Below, in pieces: positions 61,411-64,000 of a DNA stretch of 64,000 nt; the first letter of the stretch is position 1, and every line of letters starts with the position of its first letter. This DNA comes from Malacoraja senta. Taxonomy: Eukaryota. The stretch lies in NCBI GenBank assembly GCA_038087875.1, contig JAXLNO010002638.1, positions 1 to 64,000 of the forward strand. The letters run 5' to 3'. Position numbers and translations under genes: made by a program. The notes beneath the pieces were generated by a model. The model was not told where the DNA came from and searched no databases. It saw nothing but the letters and a program-made list of their open reading frames with translations.

Positions 61411-62039
61411 ATACTTAGCCTGGCCAAATCCACAAGACGTTCATGAGACATTGTCGACCTTAAATAATTCTTAATCAGCTTGAGTTTGCTAAATGACATC
61501 TCTGCAGAAGCTACTGTTGCTGGAATTGTTAATAGTATTCTGAAGCTAACACAAACATTTGGAAACAGGTTACCAAGTCAATAGTCTGTTAACAAGTTCA
61601 ACAGATCTAATGGTTTTAACTTCATTTATAAAATTCACCCTCCCACTAACACACATACACTCAGACACACACTCACTCACCTACTCACATACACCCACAC
61701 ACATCCACACACACACACACACCCTCACCCACTCACTCACACCCACCCATCCACACACTGACCCAAACCCAGGCACGGACCACTGAAACAGCCGCGGCTC
61801 CTGACTCTCACCACCTCCCCGGGCGAGGCCACCGCAGCCACTGTCGCCGACCTTCACTGTCTTCAGAAAGCCAATGATGCTGCTGCCTATATCTCTACTC
61901 CAGCTCCCCACGGGCCTCCACCAGCGACTCTGCCGACCCTCGCCTCTCCACCTGCCACCAGCGGGCCAGAGCCGTCACCTCACCAGAGTTCCCAGCATAG
62001 CACCAGGCCCACAACCTAAACCATGCAGACAGCACATGG

Positions 62040-62540
62040 TCTGATTGCTGGCTCCTAGTGCTCCCCCCCCCTCCTGCAGGGAAGATCCATCAGTAGTGAT
62101 GACTCTGTTGGGTCCTAGTGCTCTCCCCCCTCTCTATCCTACAGGGAAGATCCATCAGTAGTGATGACTCTGCTGGCTTCTAGTGCTCCCCCCTCCCTCC
62201 TACAGGGAAGACCCATCAATAGTGATGACTCTGCTGGGTCCTAGTGCTCTCCCCCCTCCTACAGGAAAGAACCATCAGTAGTGATGACTCTGTTGGGTCC
62301 TAGTGCTCTCCCTCCTCCTACAGGGAAGATACATCAATAGTGATGACTCTGCTGGGTCCTAGTGCTCTCCCCCCTCTCTATCGTACAGGGAAGAGCCATC
62401 AATAGTGATGACTCTGCTGGGTCCTAGTGCTCTCCCCCCTCCTACATAGAAGATCCATCAGTAGTGATGACTCTGCTGGGTCATAGTGCTCCACCCCCGC
62501 GCCCTCCTACAGGGAAGATCCATCAGTAGTGATGGGTCTT
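62040..62540. repeat. About 60-bp minisatellite (gtagtgatgactctgctgggtcctagtgctctcccc..cctacagggaagatccatca), about 8 copies
   Basis: Direct inspection. Confidence 0.9.
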
Positions 62541-63034
62541 CCCCTTCCCCCTCTTTTAATCAGGTTACCCCGACCACACACCCGCCAGTTAAAATTCCCT
62601 GCTGTATTACGGATCACAATTTCTACGAATTACGATATATAAAACTCTGAAGGCACAAAATGTGAATGCTAGTCTTCACAAAATATATGTAAACATTTTC
62701 TGAGATTTCACGAAATTCCCACTCCCCCCCTCCTTCAGCTCCAGGGCTCCTATTGGACTCTGGGCCCGGGTACGATGTACCCCCTGCACCCCCCCTCTCA
62801 TAGGCCCTATGTATATGTAAGCGCATACGTGAACAAAATACTGTGTGTGGTATGTACCTTTGTTAGGTTCCTCAAAATAGGCTCAACAAATTGATGTTCT
62901 TTACAACCCCTTCATGACCCCCGGAAAAACCCCAAACGGCCCCCATGGGGGTCATGACCCCCAGGTTAAGAACCACTGCTTTGGAGATACAGTGCTGAAA
63001 CAGGCCCTTCAGCTCACACTAGGGACAATTTACA

Positions 63035-63175
63035 ATTATACCAAGCCAATTTACCTACATCTCAGAGAAAAGCCACACAGGTTACGGGGAGAACATGCAA
63101 ACTCCGTACAGTCACCACTCGTAGTCGGGTTCAAACCCGGGTCTCTGGTGCTGCAAGGCAGCAACTCGTGTAAGG
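63035..63175 (-). mobile_element. V-SINE (HE1-like), partial
   Basis: Reverse complement of the SINE head (gacccgggtttgaacccgact..ttgcatgttctcccc). Confidence 0.65.
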
Positions 63176-63535
63176 CCACGATCTCTTGGCTTTGCTTATA
63201 GTTATTATCATGTTTTATCTTCTATTGTGTTCTTTTTGCTTATTGCATATAAACAAATGTAAAGCTGCACATAAGGTTGGATCTTTTCGAGGCCCGAGCT
63301 GCCCCATCTTTTACCACAGATATCTATATTTAGAGAAACATAGATATAATAAGGTCACCCCTCATGGGCATTGAAGGCTCCATATTTCTATAAAATATGG
63401 AGACCATTAAGCTGTTCACTGCCAAGTTTATTTTTCACTATTGGCCATGATCCCTAGTGTACTCGGCGGTGGCATTGAACAGGTTAAGGATATCCAGTGA
63501 TGTGTAGCTGCGCTACCCTTCCTTGGTATTTTTAA

Positions 63536-63761
63536 GGGCCTGTCCCACTTACGTGTCCTTGGCACACAAATTATGCGACCTCGTGGTGGCGTTGAGGCTC
63601 ACGGGCATCGTATGGCCGCGCGGGACCGGTCTCACTGAGAAGCGCGGAGGGGTATGTAGTTGTGCGCGACATCGCGCGGGGCTCCAATAATTTTGTAGTG
63701 AATGAAATCTTCGCGCGCCAACGGCCTGTCGCGGAACTGACGGCCAAAGTGGGACAGGCCC
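63536..63761. mobile_element. MITE with 15-bp TIRs (possibly PIF/Harbinger-related)
   Basis: GGGCCTGTCCCACTT ... AAGTGGGACAGGCCC; TSD not clean (taa vs aag). Confidence 0.75.
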
Positions 63762-63899
63762 AAGACCCTGGCGCGACGCAATGTCTCACTTTCAACAGGA
63801 GCAGAAGCAGGCGAACGATCGCCGAACTCGGCCTGGGGCTCACGGCCGTTGCAGTCCGGATCCGCCCCCACTTCTACTCCAAGAGAGGGGCCAAGAAAA

Positions 63900-64000
63900 T
63901 TGAAGATAGACACGAAATGCAGGAGTAACTCAGCGGGACCAGCAGCATCTCTGGAGAGAAGCAATGGGTGATGTTTCGGGTCAAGACCCTTCTTTTCAGA
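63900..64000 (-). mobile_element. Penelope-derived repeat (truncated by window end)
   Basis: gagtaactcagcggg..gcagcatctctggagagaa..gtgatgtttcgggtcaagacccttc. Confidence 0.65.

Larger units (their letters stand above)
60350..62809 (-). mobile_element. Second hAT element nested inside the first
   Basis: Ends CAGGGCCT / TAGGGCCT (reverse complement); TSD TGTATACG/TGTATATG. Dimerization-domain remnant FPNVCVSFRILLTIPATVASAEMSFSKLKLIKNYLRSTMSHERL at about 61410-61610. Confidence 0.88.
58430..62978 (-). mobile_element. hAT (Buster/Charlie-type) DNA transposon with decayed transposase
   Basis: TIRs (g)agtggttcttaa / cagtggttcttaa (reverse complement); TSD CTTTAGAG/CTTTGGAG (7/8, central TA). Transposase remnants at 58553-60330: PRCVLCAKV..MKPSKLKIHL, QLLVYVRY, HCMIHRLALA, HTEVRWL, CEGGFS. 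Confidence 0.93.

Noticed and set aside
62040-62540. Regularly spaced repeats superficially like a CRISPR array (also 8050-8513)
   Set aside because: Head-to-tail units without unique spacers, in a vertebrate context with no cas genes.
56010-64000. Search for the MHC-like alpha1 and leader exons
   Set aside because: The sequence is almost entirely accounted for by repeats, and the remaining unique stretches gave no alpha1-like frame. The exons probably lie beyond the window.

Overview
Repeat-rich vertebrate genomic DNA with five short N gaps. The repeat types (CR1, V-SINE/HE1-like, Penelope-derived, fish-type L1, Rex1) suggest a cartilaginous fish such as a skate or ray; this is an inference. 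Two host genes lie on the minus strand. The first is an intact two-exon GPR139-like class A GPCR (4402-4327 + 1961-1054, 327 aa). The second is an MHC class I-like heavy chain gene with alpha2, alpha3 and transmembrane exons (56007-43082) whose alpha2 has lost several classical peptide-anchor residues; its alpha1 and leader exons were not found in the window. A decayed class I endogenous retrovirus (15507-23466; tRNA-Pro PBS, gag-UAG-pol, gamma-type env) has non-matching 5' and 3' LTRs, no target-site duplication, and a related solo LTR inserted in gag. The window also holds a near-full-length decayed L1, a truncated L1 with a 703-codon open frame, nested hAT transposons with clean 8-bp TSDs, Penelope-derived repeats carrying hammerhead-ribozyme cores, several minisatellites, and a putative ETS-type promoter and first exon at 14.6 kb. 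All calls come from reading the sequence; no searches were run.
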